A DNA stretch of 64,000 nucleotides, taken from contig WTGI01000009.1 of the NCBI GenBank assembly GCA_011523635.1, forward strand, positions 16,781-80,780, given 5' to 3'. A program made the translations under genes and the position numbers. Shown here piece by piece: positions 17,900-26,366 of this stretch. The notes beneath the pieces are model-generated. The model was given only the letters and a program-made list of their open reading frames with translations, was not told where the DNA came from and searched no databases. The DNA comes from Acidimicrobiia bacterium (GTDB taxonomy: Bacteria > Actinomycetota > Acidimicrobiia > Spongiisociales > Spongiisociaceae). The stretch's first letter is position 1. Each line of letters starts with the position of its first letter.

Positions 17900-18553
17900 A
17901 TGAGAACCAAACAAGTCACAGCCATTGCGTTGGTGCTAGTCCTGGCGGGCGGGTTGTCGGTGTGGGCACAGGCGTCCCGGTTTTCCGACGTACCAGACAG
18001 TCACCCCCAAGCGCACGATATCGAACACGCCGCCGAGCAGGGCTGGTTCGCCGGGTTCGTGGATGGCACGTTCCGACCAGACCAGACCATCTCAGCGGAG
18101 AACGCTCTGAGGGTGTTCAACCGGGCATTCCCCGAAGGTGTCACCCGTGCCGACCTCTCTACGTTCCTGCGGGCTGGGGCCAACCAGTTGGCCACCATCC
18201 ACCATGACGGATATTGGGGCTGCGTGAATGTCACCGATCAGGCCGCCGAACTGTCCGGTGGCGTAGTCGAGTCGATGGTCTTGCAGACCCTCTGCTACCT
18301 GAGAGTCGAACAGCAAATACGCAACGGGCAGGTGTGGGTTATCGCCCGCATCCAGACGCTCACCGACTGCCCGCGAGGCTGGGAGTTGGTGGTGCGCCTA
18401 TCGCCCGGTGAAGGCCTCGCCCCGTCCAGAACGTTAGGAACGGGGTACTCACCGAAGGCGTGGGCCGGTGATGTCCTGGTGGTTGGTGTCCCGTCGAACA
18501 TGGACCGATGGGAAACCCTCGACGTCACATCCGACTGCCACCAGCCCTGGTAA
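17900..18553 (+). CDS. secreted SLH (S-layer homology) domain protein (passenger gene)
   Basis: Signal peptide MRTKQVTAIALVLVLAGGLSVWAQA. SLH motif FSDVPDSHPQAHDIEHAAEQGWFAGFVDGTFRPDQTISAENALRVFNRAF. Cys-containing C-terminal domain of about 140 aa with unknown function. Confidence 0.6.
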   Translation: MRTKQVTAIALVLVLAGGLSVWAQASRFSDVPDSHPQAHDIEHAAEQGWFAGFVDGTFRPDQTISAENALRVFNRAFPEGVTRADLSTFLRAGANQLATIHHDGYWGCVNVTDQAAELSGGVVESMVLQTLCYLRVEQQIRNGQVWVIARIQTLTDCPRGWELVVRLSPGEGLAPSRTLGTGYSPKAWAGDVLVVGVPSNMDRWETLDVTSDCHQPW

Positions 18554-18560
18554 GGGGCTC

Positions 18561-18815
18561 CTATCGACAGAGCCGTTCAAGGGCGTCGTGTCCCTGCCAC
18601 GTCAGCCGCCCGAGGCGGGCATAACGCAGACCACCGCCCGATACGGCGATGGGTTTGCTGGCTTCGAGGTATCCGGCCTGTTCGCACAGGTGGACGTGGT
18701 AGTGAACCTGATCCGTGTCGTACCCGTCGATCTCGGGCACCGCACGCCCGGCAAGAGTGGGGGCCGATTCCGCGTACCGGAGAATCTCGCAGATGAGTTC
18801 CATGACTCGGGACAT
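18561..18815 (-). CDS. DUF2513 family protein (phage-associated small protein)
   Basis: 84 aa. MELICEILRYAE...IDGYDTDQVHYHVHLCEQAGYLEA...GGGLRYARLGRLTWQGHDALERL matches the DUF2513 pattern. Confidence 0.45.
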   Translation of the reverse strand: MSRVMELICEILRYAESAPTLAGRAVPEIDGYDTDQVHYHVHLCEQAGYLEASKPIAVSGGGLRYARLGRLTWQGHDALERLCR

Positions 18816-18828
18816 GCGTCGAAGCCTA

Positions 18829-19833
18829 CTAGGTGGCTAGGGAACTCTGCCCGGTGTCTGCGATCAGGTCTCGGTACATGAGACGGCGTCCGACCATCGC
18901 GGCAACTACGTGCTGCATCTGCGCGAGGGTGTCCCACTCGCGGATGTTCTGACGGCCTGCGAACACGTCGACGTACCGCTGTAGGTGCTTGGGGGAGAGC
19001 CGGTGGTAGACGCCTTTGTGGGCTCGTTTGAGCATCGACCAGAAGGATTCGACTCCGTTGGTGTGAACCATGTCCCTCACGTACTCGCCGACCGAGTGGT
19101 GGACAGCTTCACGGTTGGGGAGGCCGTCGTAGGCGGTTGACCCGTCCGTGTAGACCGGGGCGTTAGGGACGCGGTGTTCTTCGACGAATCCCTGGAGGGT
19201 GCAGGCCGTGGTGTTGGGCACGACTCGGGCGACGACTTGGCCGGTGGTGCGGTCCTTCATACCGACCACGGCGGTCTTACCGACCGGCCCGCGGCCGAGG
19301 TTCTGACGCTTGGAGCGGTGCTTGTTGCGCTCCAGACCGCCCACGTAGGTCTCGTCGACTTCGACCGGCCCCTCGAACAACGGGGCGATACCGGCGAACG
19401 CTTCCCGTATCCGATGGAGCATGAACCAGGCCGTAGCCTGCCGGACTCCGAGGTCACGGTGCAGCTTCATGGAGGACACGCCTTTGAGGCTGGTGAGCTC
19501 GAGGTAGATCGCCCACGCCCACATACGGAGCGGGAGCTTGGAGTCTTCCATGGCGGTGCCGGTCTTCAACGAGAAGTAGCGGCGGCACGTCCGGCAGCGG
19601 TACGGCATCGGCTTGGCGGACTTGACGCGGTAGGCGTCGTCCGATCCGCAGCGCAGGCACGCTATCTCACCGGTCGGCCAGTGGATGGCCTCGAACCAAT
19701 CGACGGCGTGCTGTTCGGTGGCGAACAACTCCGTCATCTGGAGGACGCTGATACCCTCGCGGTGTGCCTTGCCGGGGGCCTTTTGGCTTGCTCTGACAGT
19801 TGTGGTGCTCATGCCTGTATTCTCGCAGGTCAC
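18829..19833 (-). CDS. IS1595 family transposase (ISXO2-like DDE domain plus N-terminal zinc ribbon)
   Basis: CLRCGSDDAYRV...YRCRTCRRYFS zinc ribbon. ISXO2-like core VDETYVGG...KTAVVGMKDR...YTDGSTAY...HTNGVESFWSMLKR. It starts 32 nt inside the right inverted repeat. Confidence 0.85.
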   Translation of the reverse strand: MTCENTGMSTTTVRASQKAPGKAHREGISVLQMTELFATEQHAVDWFEAIHWPTGEIACLRCGSDDAYRVKSAKPMPYRCRTCRRYFSLKTGTAMEDSKLPLRMWAWAIYLELTSLKGVSSMKLHRDLGVRQATAWFMLHRIREAFAGIAPLFEGPVEVDETYVGGLERNKHRSKRQNLGRGPVGKTAVVGMKDRTTGQVVARVVPNTTACTLQGFVEEHRVPNAPVYTDGSTAYDGLPNREAVHHSVGEYVRDMVHTNGVESFWSMLKRAHKGVYHRLSPKHLQRYVDVFAGRQNIREWDTLAQMQHVVAAMVGRRLMYRDLIADTGQSSLAT

Positions 19834-21272
19834 GCCCGGTTTGTCAAGTCAAGCGTATAATCCCCATACGGATCCTGGTCGGCTTCCTCTCCGGCCGGCC
19901 GCGGCAGGGACGTGTTGGCGTGGGCCCGGCCGCGCTGTGGGCTTCGAAGGTCGATCCCGTGCCGGAACCGATCCTCGACATCACGGAGGTAGATCGGGTG
20001 ATCGGCACGATCCCGGGTATCACGGGTTCCGGTTCCCAGGCTCGCCGGACCGACCTGCTCGAGTTCCTGCTCGGTAGGGCCACCTCTGACGAGCAGGACT
20101 ACCTGCGGCGGCTGCTGACCGGAGAACTGCGGCACGGCGCGCTCGAGGGCCTGATGATGGACGCGGTGGCGGTGGCGTCGGGAATCGATGCGGCAGTGGT
20201 GAGGCGGGCCGCCATGCTCGGGGGTGACCTCGGATCGATCGCCGTTCCGGCCCTCACGGAGGGAGCGGAGGCTCTGCAGGCGATGCGCATCGTTCCGTTG
20301 CGGCCGGTCCGGCCGATGCTGGCCTCGACCTCCGCGTCGGCCGCGGATGCGATGGAGTCGTCCGGGCGGGCATCGGTGGAGTGGAAGCTCGACGGCGTCC
20401 GCATCCAGGCGCACCGGTCCGGTTCGCAGGTGGCGGTGTTCAGCCGGCGGCTCAACGACGTCACCGACCGGCTGCCGCTGGTGGCCGAGGTGGTGTCCGG
20501 CCTTCCCGTCTCGAGCGTGGTGCTCGACGGGGAGGTGCTGGCTCATGATCTCGAGGGCCGGCCGGAGCGCTTCGAGCAGATCATGAGCCACTTCGGCACC
20601 CATGAGGAGGGCGGCAGGAAACCGCTGTACCCGCACTTCTTCGACATCCTGCATCTCGACGGCGAGGATCTGATCGACCTTCCCCTCGGACGGCGCATCG
20701 CCGTGCTCGAGGACCTGGTCCCGAGCGAGTGTCTGGTTCCCAGGCTGGTCACCGACCGGGTCGCGGAAGCCGAGGGTGCCTTGTCGGAAGCCCGCCGGAG
20801 CCGCCACGAGGGGATCATGGTCAAGGCGATCGGCTCGACCTACCAGGCGGGCCGGAGGGGGTCGGCCTGGCTCAAGGTCAAGCCGGCCTATCACCTCGAC
20901 CTGGTGGTGCTGGCCGCCGAATGGGGCCACGGGCGCCGGACCGGGCGGCTCTCCAACCTGCACCTGGGTGCCCGGGACGCCGAGAGCGACCGGTTCGTGA
21001 TGGTGGGCAAGACCTTCAAGGGCCTGACCGATGCGATGCTGGCCTGGCAGACCGAGCGGTTCCTGGAGATCGCGGTCCGAAGGGAACGCCATGTCGTGTT
21101 CCTGCAGCCCGAGGTGGTGGTGGAGGTGGCCTTCGACGGGGTTCAGTCGAGCCCGGTGTATCCGGGCGGGGTAGCGCTCCGTTTCGCCCGCGTCAAGCAG
21201 TACCGGCCCGACAAGCCGCCCGTTCAGGCCGACACCATCCAGCGGATCCAGCGGATATTCGAGGAACGCTGA
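19800..21272 (+). CDS. ATP-dependent DNA ligase (LigB-like), 3' portion after the IS insertion point
   Basis: EWKLDGVR (KxDG adenylation motif), then the OB domain and C-terminal LKVKPAYHLDLVV. The track ORF begins at an ATG inside the transposon right end (19800). Native codons resume at 19866 (IRILVGFLSGRPRQ, compare mycobacterial LigB). Confidence 0.75.
   Translation: MWCSCLYSRRSRPVCQVKRIIPIRILVGFLSGRPRQGRVGVGPAALWASKVDPVPEPILDITEVDRVIGTIPGITGSGSQARRTDLLEFLLGRATSDEQDYLRRLLTGELRHGALEGLMMDAVAVASGIDAAVVRRAAMLGGDLGSIAVPALTEGAEALQAMRIVPLRPVRPMLASTSASAADAMESSGRASVEWKLDGVRIQAHRSGSQVAVFSRRLNDVTDRLPLVAEVVSGLPVSSVVLDGEVLAHDLEGRPERFEQIMSHFGTHEEGGRKPLYPHFFDILHLDGEDLIDLPLGRRIAVLEDLVPSECLVPRLVTDRVAEAEGALSEARRSRHEGIMVKAIGSTYQAGRRGSAWLKVKPAYHLDLVVLAAEWGHGRRTGRLSNLHLGARDAESDRFVMVGKTFKGLTDAMLAWQTERFLEIAVRRERHVVFLQPEVVVEVAFDGVQSSPVYPGGVALRFARVKQYRPDKPPVQADTIQRIQRIFEER
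19844..19865. repeat. right terminal inverted repeat of the IS1595-family element
   Basis: TCAAGTCAAGCGTATAATCCCC is the reverse complement of GGGGATTATACGCTTGACTTGA. Confidence 0.8.
19866..19873. repeat. 8-bp target-site duplication, right copy (ATACGGAT)
   Basis: Identical to 16739..16746. Confidence 0.8.
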
Positions 21273-21281
21273 GGGTGACGG

Positions 21282-22574
21282 CTATCGATGGATGCCGTAG
21301 GGGTCCGTGTCGGCGGGTTCGGCCATCGAGATCAGCAGGGCGCTCACCAGGACCACCTGGGCTAGCAGCGCCGCGCATCCGGCCAGGATCAGCCCGAGCG
21401 TGGCGGGGATGCGTACCAGTACGGGGATGACTGCTCCAACTACCCAGGCGAGTTGGAAGAGGGTCTCCGAATAGGTGAAGGTCCGGCCCCGTTCCTCGGG
21501 CCTGACGCTGGCGTGGAGGAGGCCGTCGTATCCGAACTTGGCCGTTCCCCAGGCCAGCCCGGCGAAGAACGCCACGGCCGCGGCCGACCACACGCCGAAC
21601 ACATGGGCGCTGATGAACGCCGCGGCCGCCTCCAGGGCCAGGGCCGCCACCACCATCGGTTCCTCGCGAAGGCGTCGAGCCAGGAACTGCGCCAGCAGCG
21701 ACGCCACGCCGAATCCGGCGCCGGCGGCGAGCAGCAGGCTGCCGAATCCCACTATTCCCGCTTCGTTGTCCCGGAACACAAAGGCCACCAGGAGGAGGAG
21801 GTAGCCGTTCAGTAGGCGGACGATGGCGGTGGCTATGCGGGCGTGGCGGACCGCCCGCCGGGACGCGGGGGACCGGGCGGCATGCACCGCCTCCGCGCCC
21901 GGATCCCGGGCGGCCGGCCGCAGGTCTACTCGCAGACCCAGAGCGGAGACGCCCGACCAGGCGAAGACAACGGCTGCCAGCACGAGGGCGGCTGTGCTTC
22001 CCACCAGATTGATGGCTCCCAGCCCGATCGGGAGGACTGCGCCGCCGGCGAGGATTCCGAGCCGGGCGAGGCGGGCGTTGGCCTCCACCAGATCGGCCGG
22101 ATTCGGTAGCGCGGTGGGCAGGATGGAGCTACGGCTGATCCCGTAGATCCGGGACAGCACCAGGATCCCGAACACCATCGACAGCATCACGAGGTCGGTT
22201 TCCGCTCGCATCATGGCGACCACCAGCACCACCCGCCCGAGCGATCCGAAGGCTAGGCCGGCCCGGTGGCTGCGGGGTAGCCGATGGACCAGCGAGCCGA
22301 GGAGGGGTCCGATCACGGCGAAGGGGGCCAGGGTGAGGAGCAGGAACGCGACCACGTTGCCGCGAGCCTCGGTGGTGGGCACCGAGAAGAAGAGCGTGTC
22401 GGCGAGGGCCAGGGCCACCAGGGCGTCTCCGGTCACGTTGGTGGCGTGGGAGATGGCCAGCCGCCGGAAGGCCCAGCCATGTCGTGAGAACTGTTCCTCG
22501 ATCTTGCGGCCCACGGCCCGGGTGGCGCGGGAAATCTTCGAGGGTGGCCGGGGCGGCGGAGAGGCAGAGCTCAT
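21282..22574 (-). CDS. MFS transporter
   Basis: 430 aa with about 12 TM segments and an MFS-like layout. Confidence 0.65.
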   Translation of the reverse strand: MSSASPPPRPPSKISRATRAVGRKIEEQFSRHGWAFRRLAISHATNVTGDALVALALADTLFFSVPTTEARGNVVAFLLLTLAPFAVIGPLLGSLVHRLPRSHRAGLAFGSLGRVVLVVAMMRAETDLVMLSMVFGILVLSRIYGISRSSILPTALPNPADLVEANARLARLGILAGGAVLPIGLGAINLVGSTAALVLAAVVFAWSGVSALGLRVDLRPAARDPGAEAVHAARSPASRRAVRHARIATAIVRLLNGYLLLLVAFVFRDNEAGIVGFGSLLLAAGAGFGVASLLAQFLARRLREEPMVVAALALEAAAAFISAHVFGVWSAAAVAFFAGLAWGTAKFGYDGLLHASVRPEERGRTFTYSETLFQLAWVVGAVIPVLVRIPATLGLILAGCAALLAQVVLVSALLISMAEPADTDPYGIHR

Positions 22575-22649
22575 ACCATTAACGTAGCGGCGAGCGCCGG
22601 CGGATCGTCTCGCCGGTGACCGCGCAGGAGTCGGACAACCCGGAACGAG

Positions 22650-23537
22650 ATGATGAACTTAAACCAGTTGCAGAAGGTTAAGGAAGGGAGAGGTTTCATC
22701 GCCGCGCTGGATCAGAGCGGGGGTAGCTCGCCCAAGGCGCTGGCGGGATACGGGGTACCGGAGGACGCCTACTCGACCAGCGACGAGATGTTCGATCTGA
22801 TCCACGACATGCGAACCCGGATAATCACCAGCCCCGGTTTCGGCGGGGACAGGATCTTGGGAGCCATCCTGTTCGCCGACACGATGCGCCGCCGGATCGA
22901 GGGTGTTGCCACGGCCCGTTACCTGTGGCAGGAGAAGGGCGTGGTGCCCTTCCTGAAGGTGGACGAGGGTCTGGACGAGGAGCGCGACGGCGTCCAACTC
23001 ATGAAGCCGATGGCCGGCCTGGAGGATCTGCTGGAAGAAGGCCGGGGGTGCGCCGTCTTCGGCACCAAGATGCGCTCGGTCATCAAGCTGGCCGACAGGG
23101 ATGGCATCGAGGCCAACGTGGAGCAGCAGTTCGAGGTGGGGGAGCGGATTCTGGAGGCCGGATTGATTCCCATCCTCGAGCCGGAGGTGGACATCAACAG
23201 CCCGGAAAAGGCCGGAGCCGAGGACCTGCTGCTGCGGGCCATCCTGGCCCGGCTGGGCCGGCTCGGGGACTCGGGCGTGATGCTCAAGCTGACGCTTCCC
23301 AGCCGGGACGATCTGTACATGGGTCTGGTCGAGCATCCCAACGTGGTCCGGGTAGCGGCCCTCTCCGGGGGCTACGACCACGTGGAGGCGTGCGAGCGCC
23401 TGGCCCGGCAACGCGGCATGGTTGCGAGCTTCAGCCGGGCCCTCCTGGAGGGCTTGGCGGTGGACCAGTCCCAGGAGGAGTTCGATGGGGTACTGGACCG
23501 GCTGGTGGGCAACGTGTTCGGAGCTTCGGATACGTAA
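22650..23537 (+). CDS. fda: fructose-bisphosphate aldolase, class I (Gram-positive Fda type)
   Basis: GFIAALDQSGGSSPKAL, VVPFLKVDEGL, GVQLMKPM, LIPILEPEV, VMLKLTLPS. Collinear with Staphylococcus-type class I FBA. Confidence 0.8.
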   Translation: MMNLNQLQKVKEGRGFIAALDQSGGSSPKALAGYGVPEDAYSTSDEMFDLIHDMRTRIITSPGFGGDRILGAILFADTMRRRIEGVATARYLWQEKGVVPFLKVDEGLDEERDGVQLMKPMAGLEDLLEEGRGCAVFGTKMRSVIKLADRDGIEANVEQQFEVGERILEAGLIPILEPEVDINSPEKAGAEDLLLRAILARLGRLGDSGVMLKLTLPSRDDLYMGLVEHPNVVRVAALSGGYDHVEACERLARQRGMVASFSRALLEGLAVDQSQEEFDGVLDRLVGNVFGASDT

Positions 23538-23566
23538 CGTGTGGCGCCTGCTCGGATGACCGAGAC

Positions 23567-24781
23567 ATGAAGCCCCTGGATGACGTACGTGTCATCGAGC
23601 TGGCCAACTGGATCGCTGCGCCCGCGGCGGGCGCGGTCCTGGCCGATCTGGGCGCCGATGTCATCAAGGTGGAGCCCCCCACCGGTGATCCAGTCCGCGG
23701 CTTCCTCCGTTCTCCCGAGGTCAGCGGTTCCGCCGCCGAGGTGGACTATCCGTTCACGGTCAGCAACCGGGGCAAGCGGTCCGTAACGCTGGCGGTCAAC
23801 ACCGGGGCGGGCCGGGAGGCGTTGCTGGTGCTGGCGGGCTCCGCCGACGTGTTCCTCACCAACATGCTCAACTACCGGCTGGTGAAGTACGGCCTGGAAC
23901 CGTCCGACCTGCTGGAGGTGAATCCGCGGCTGGTGGTGGCCCGGGTGAGCGGGTACGGGAGCCGGGGCCCCGAGGCCCACCGGCCCGGCTTCGACATGAC
24001 CGCCTTCTTCGCCCGCGGCGGCATGATCGACACCATGACCCCGCCCGATGGCGACGCTCCCAAGCCACCGACGGGACCCGGCGATCACGCCACTGCCATG
24101 GCGATGGTGGCTGCGATCCTGCTGGGCCTCCGCACCGCCGAGCGGACCGGCCGCGGCCAAGTGGTCGACACCAGCCTCCTCTCCATGGGGATCTGGACCA
24201 TGGCCAGCATGCTGGCCGCCGCCCTGGTAGACGGACGGGACCGTGAACACCGGTCGAGATCGTCCGAGGTCACCGCTCTGAACAACCGCTACCGCACCTC
24301 GGACGGCCGGTGGCTGTTCCTGACCATGCCCGGGGGTGCGATGTGGCGGCCGCTCTGCCTGGCGCTGGGTGTCGAGGACATGATCGATGACATGCGTTTC
24401 GCCGACGCCGATGCCCGTCTGGAGAACATGGCGCTGGTAGTCGAGCGCCTCGATCGAGCGTTCGAGACCAGGACCCTGGCCGAGTGGGGTGAGATCCTCG
24501 ACGAGGCGGGCCTGGTCTGGGGTCCGGCCTCCAGCCTGAGCGAGGTGGCCTCTGATCGCCAGGCCGAGATCCTGGGCCTCTTTCCCGAGATCGAGCATCC
24601 TGGCGCGGGTACGTTCCGCACGGTGGCGACTCCGTTCGAGATGGATGGCGCCGACCTCCGCCCGACCGGCCCGGCCCCCGACCCTGGCGAGCACACCGAG
24701 TCAGTACTACGGGAGATGGGTTGGGATGATGCCCGCATCGAAGCAGCCCGCCTCCGAGGCGCCTTCGGTCCACCTGTATGA
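23567..24781 (+). CDS. CoA transferase family III (CaiB/BaiF-like)
   Basis: MKPLDDVRVIELANWIAAPAAGAVLADLGADVIKVEPPTGDP..., canonical family III N-terminus. The track ORF starting at 22925 is an out-of-context extension. Confidence 0.75.
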   Translation: MKPLDDVRVIELANWIAAPAAGAVLADLGADVIKVEPPTGDPVRGFLRSPEVSGSAAEVDYPFTVSNRGKRSVTLAVNTGAGREALLVLAGSADVFLTNMLNYRLVKYGLEPSDLLEVNPRLVVARVSGYGSRGPEAHRPGFDMTAFFARGGMIDTMTPPDGDAPKPPTGPGDHATAMAMVAAILLGLRTAERTGRGQVVDTSLLSMGIWTMASMLAAALVDGRDREHRSRSSEVTALNNRYRTSDGRWLFLTMPGGAMWRPLCLALGVEDMIDDMRFADADARLENMALVVERLDRAFETRTLAEWGEILDEAGLVWGPASSLSEVASDRQAEILGLFPEIEHPGAGTFRTVATPFEMDGADLRPTGPAPDPGEHTESVLREMGWDDARIEAARLRGAFGPPV

Positions 24782-24839
24782 AGCCACGGCCGGAATGCAT
24801 GAAGTCAAGACCGCGAAGAGCCAACGCTAAACTCAGGGT

Positions 24840-25955
24840 GTGACAGAAGACGGCGGTTCCGCCGCCGGACGCAGGCTCAGGCAGCTAGCCCTGCGGGACC
24901 GGCACGAAGCCCTCGGCGCCCGTTTCGCACCCTTCGCCGGCTGGGAGATGCCACTCCAGTACCAGGGGATCGTCGGCGAGCACCATGCCGTACGTAAAGG
25001 GGTCGGCGTCTTCGATGTCTCTCATCTCGGACGTGCCCTGGTGCAGGGTCCACAGGCGGGCCCCCTGCTCAGATCGGTAACCACTTTCGATGTGAACAGG
25101 CTGGCGGCCGGCAAGGCTCACTACTCGCTCTACTGCAACGAGGCCGGGGGGATCGACGATGACGTGTTCATCTACCGGCTGGTCGGCGAGCGTTGGCTGA
25201 TCGTCCACAACGCTTCCAACGCCGACCAGGACTTCGACCGGCTCCGGTCCGTGTTCGGCGACGAGGCCTCCGAGATCACTGCCGAGACAGCGATGCTGGC
25301 CGTACAGGGTCCGGACGCGATGTCGCTTCTCGGCCGCGTCCTCGGGGACGCCGTCGCCGGGCTCGAAGTGCGCTCGTGCGTGGAGCTCGACTGGGAGGGC
25401 GGGCAGGTCCTGTTTGCCCGCACCGGCTATACCGGCGAGGACGGTGGCGAGTGCATCGTGGGGGTGGCGTACGCCGCGGCGCTCTGGGATGCGCTGATCG
25501 ACGGAGGTGCATCGCCGGCGGGCCTCGGGGCGCGGGACACGTTGCGCCTGGAGGCCGCGTTGCCCCTGTACGGCAACGATCTTGACGCGGCGACGAGCCC
25601 CTACGAGGCCGGATTGGGCTTCGCGGTGACCCTTGATGACGGGGCGCCCTTCACAGGGCGCCAAGCGCTGGCCGAGGCGCAGGAGCGCCCCCGTACGCGA
25701 CGCCTCGCCCACCTCTTGGCGCGCGGGCGCGGTGTACTGCGGACGGGATATGCCGTACACGCTCCGGATGGCGGCGACCCGGTGGCCCGGCTCCGCAGCG
25801 GAAGTTTCAGCCCGAGCTTGCGTCTCGGCATCGGCATGGCCTACCTTCCCGTGGAGCTTGCGAAGACCGGCGCCCGTTTCGATGTCGACGTACGCGGCCG
25901 TATGCTCCCGGTCGAAGTCGTGCGCCGCCCGTTCTACCGAAAGTCGAGGGAGTGA
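24840..25955 (+). CDS. gcvT: glycine cleavage system aminomethyltransferase T
   Basis: FAGWEMPLQYQGIVGEHHAVRKGVGVFDVSHLGR aligns with the GcvT N-terminus. GTG start. The true start may be further downstream. Confidence 0.85.
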   Translation: MTEDGGSAAGRRLRQLALRDRHEALGARFAPFAGWEMPLQYQGIVGEHHAVRKGVGVFDVSHLGRALVQGPQAGPLLRSVTTFDVNRLAAGKAHYSLYCNEAGGIDDDVFIYRLVGERWLIVHNASNADQDFDRLRSVFGDEASEITAETAMLAVQGPDAMSLLGRVLGDAVAGLEVRSCVELDWEGGQVLFARTGYTGEDGGECIVGVAYAAALWDALIDGGASPAGLGARDTLRLEAALPLYGNDLDAATSPYEAGLGFAVTLDDGAPFTGRQALAEAQERPRTRRLAHLLARGRGVLRTGYAVHAPDGGDPVARLRSGSFSPSLRLGIGMAYLPVELAKTGARFDVDVRGRMLPVEVVRRPFYRKSRE

Positions 25956-26359
25956 TGAAGGCCGACTACGAGATTCCCGACAACCTTCTCTACACGGAGG
26001 AGCACGAGTGGCTGCGCCGCGACGAGGAGAATCCGGACCAGGCCACGATCGGCATCACGGACTTCGCTCAGGACAATGTGGGAGACGTGGTGTACCTGGA
26101 CCTTCCCCCCGAGGGAGACAGCGTGTCCGCCGGTGAGACCTGCGGCGAGATCGAATCGGCCAAGACCGTTTCCGACCTCTACGCCCCGGTGGATGGCGTG
26201 GTGGTCGCTACCAACGGGGACCTCGAAGACCAACCGGAGCTGGTTAACGACTCACCCTACGGTGACGGCTGGATGATCCGCGTCTGCATCGCCGACGCGT
26301 CACAGCTCGACGACCTGCTCGACGCCTCCGCCTACCGGACGTTGATCGAGGAGCATTGA
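25952..26359 (+). CDS. gcvH: glycine cleavage system H protein
   Basis: EIESAKTVSDLYAPVDG lipoyl-lysine motif. Overlaps the gcvT stop. Confidence 0.85.
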   Translation: MMKADYEIPDNLLYTEEHEWLRRDEENPDQATIGITDFAQDNVGDVVYLDLPPEGDSVSAGETCGEIESAKTVSDLYAPVDGVVVATNGDLEDQPELVNDSPYGDGWMIRVCIADASQLDDLLDASAYRTLIEEH

Positions 26360-26366
26360 GACCCTG

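Larger units (their letters stand above)
16747..19865. mobile_element. IS1595-family transposable element with passenger genes (3,119 bp)
   Basis: 22-bp terminal inverted repeats GGGAATTATACGCTTGACTTGA versus GGGGATTATACGCTTGACTTGA (21/22 match), flanked by a perfect 8-bp direct repeat ATACGGAT. It contains an ISXO2-like DDE transposase with a zinc ribbon. Removing the element plus one repeat copy restores an uninterrupted ligase reading frame. Confidence 0.85.

Noticed and set aside
18820-18850. A third copy of the IS inverted repeat just downstream of the transposase stop (GGGAACTCTGCCCGG), which would define a minimal 1.05-kb IS without cargo
   Set aside because: Only 8/12 positions match the start of the terminal repeat, and no TTGACTTGA core or flanking direct repeat is present. 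The 3.1-kb boundaries have 21/22 inverted-repeat identity and a perfect target-site duplication, and they restore the ligase frame.
22925-23566. N-terminal 214-codon extension of the CoA-transferase ORF (22925..24781) across the class I aldolase gene
   Set aside because: The extension overlaps the well-supported fda gene in another frame and is Gly/Arg-rich. The family III CoA-transferase N-terminal motif begins at MKPLDDVRVIELANW (23567).
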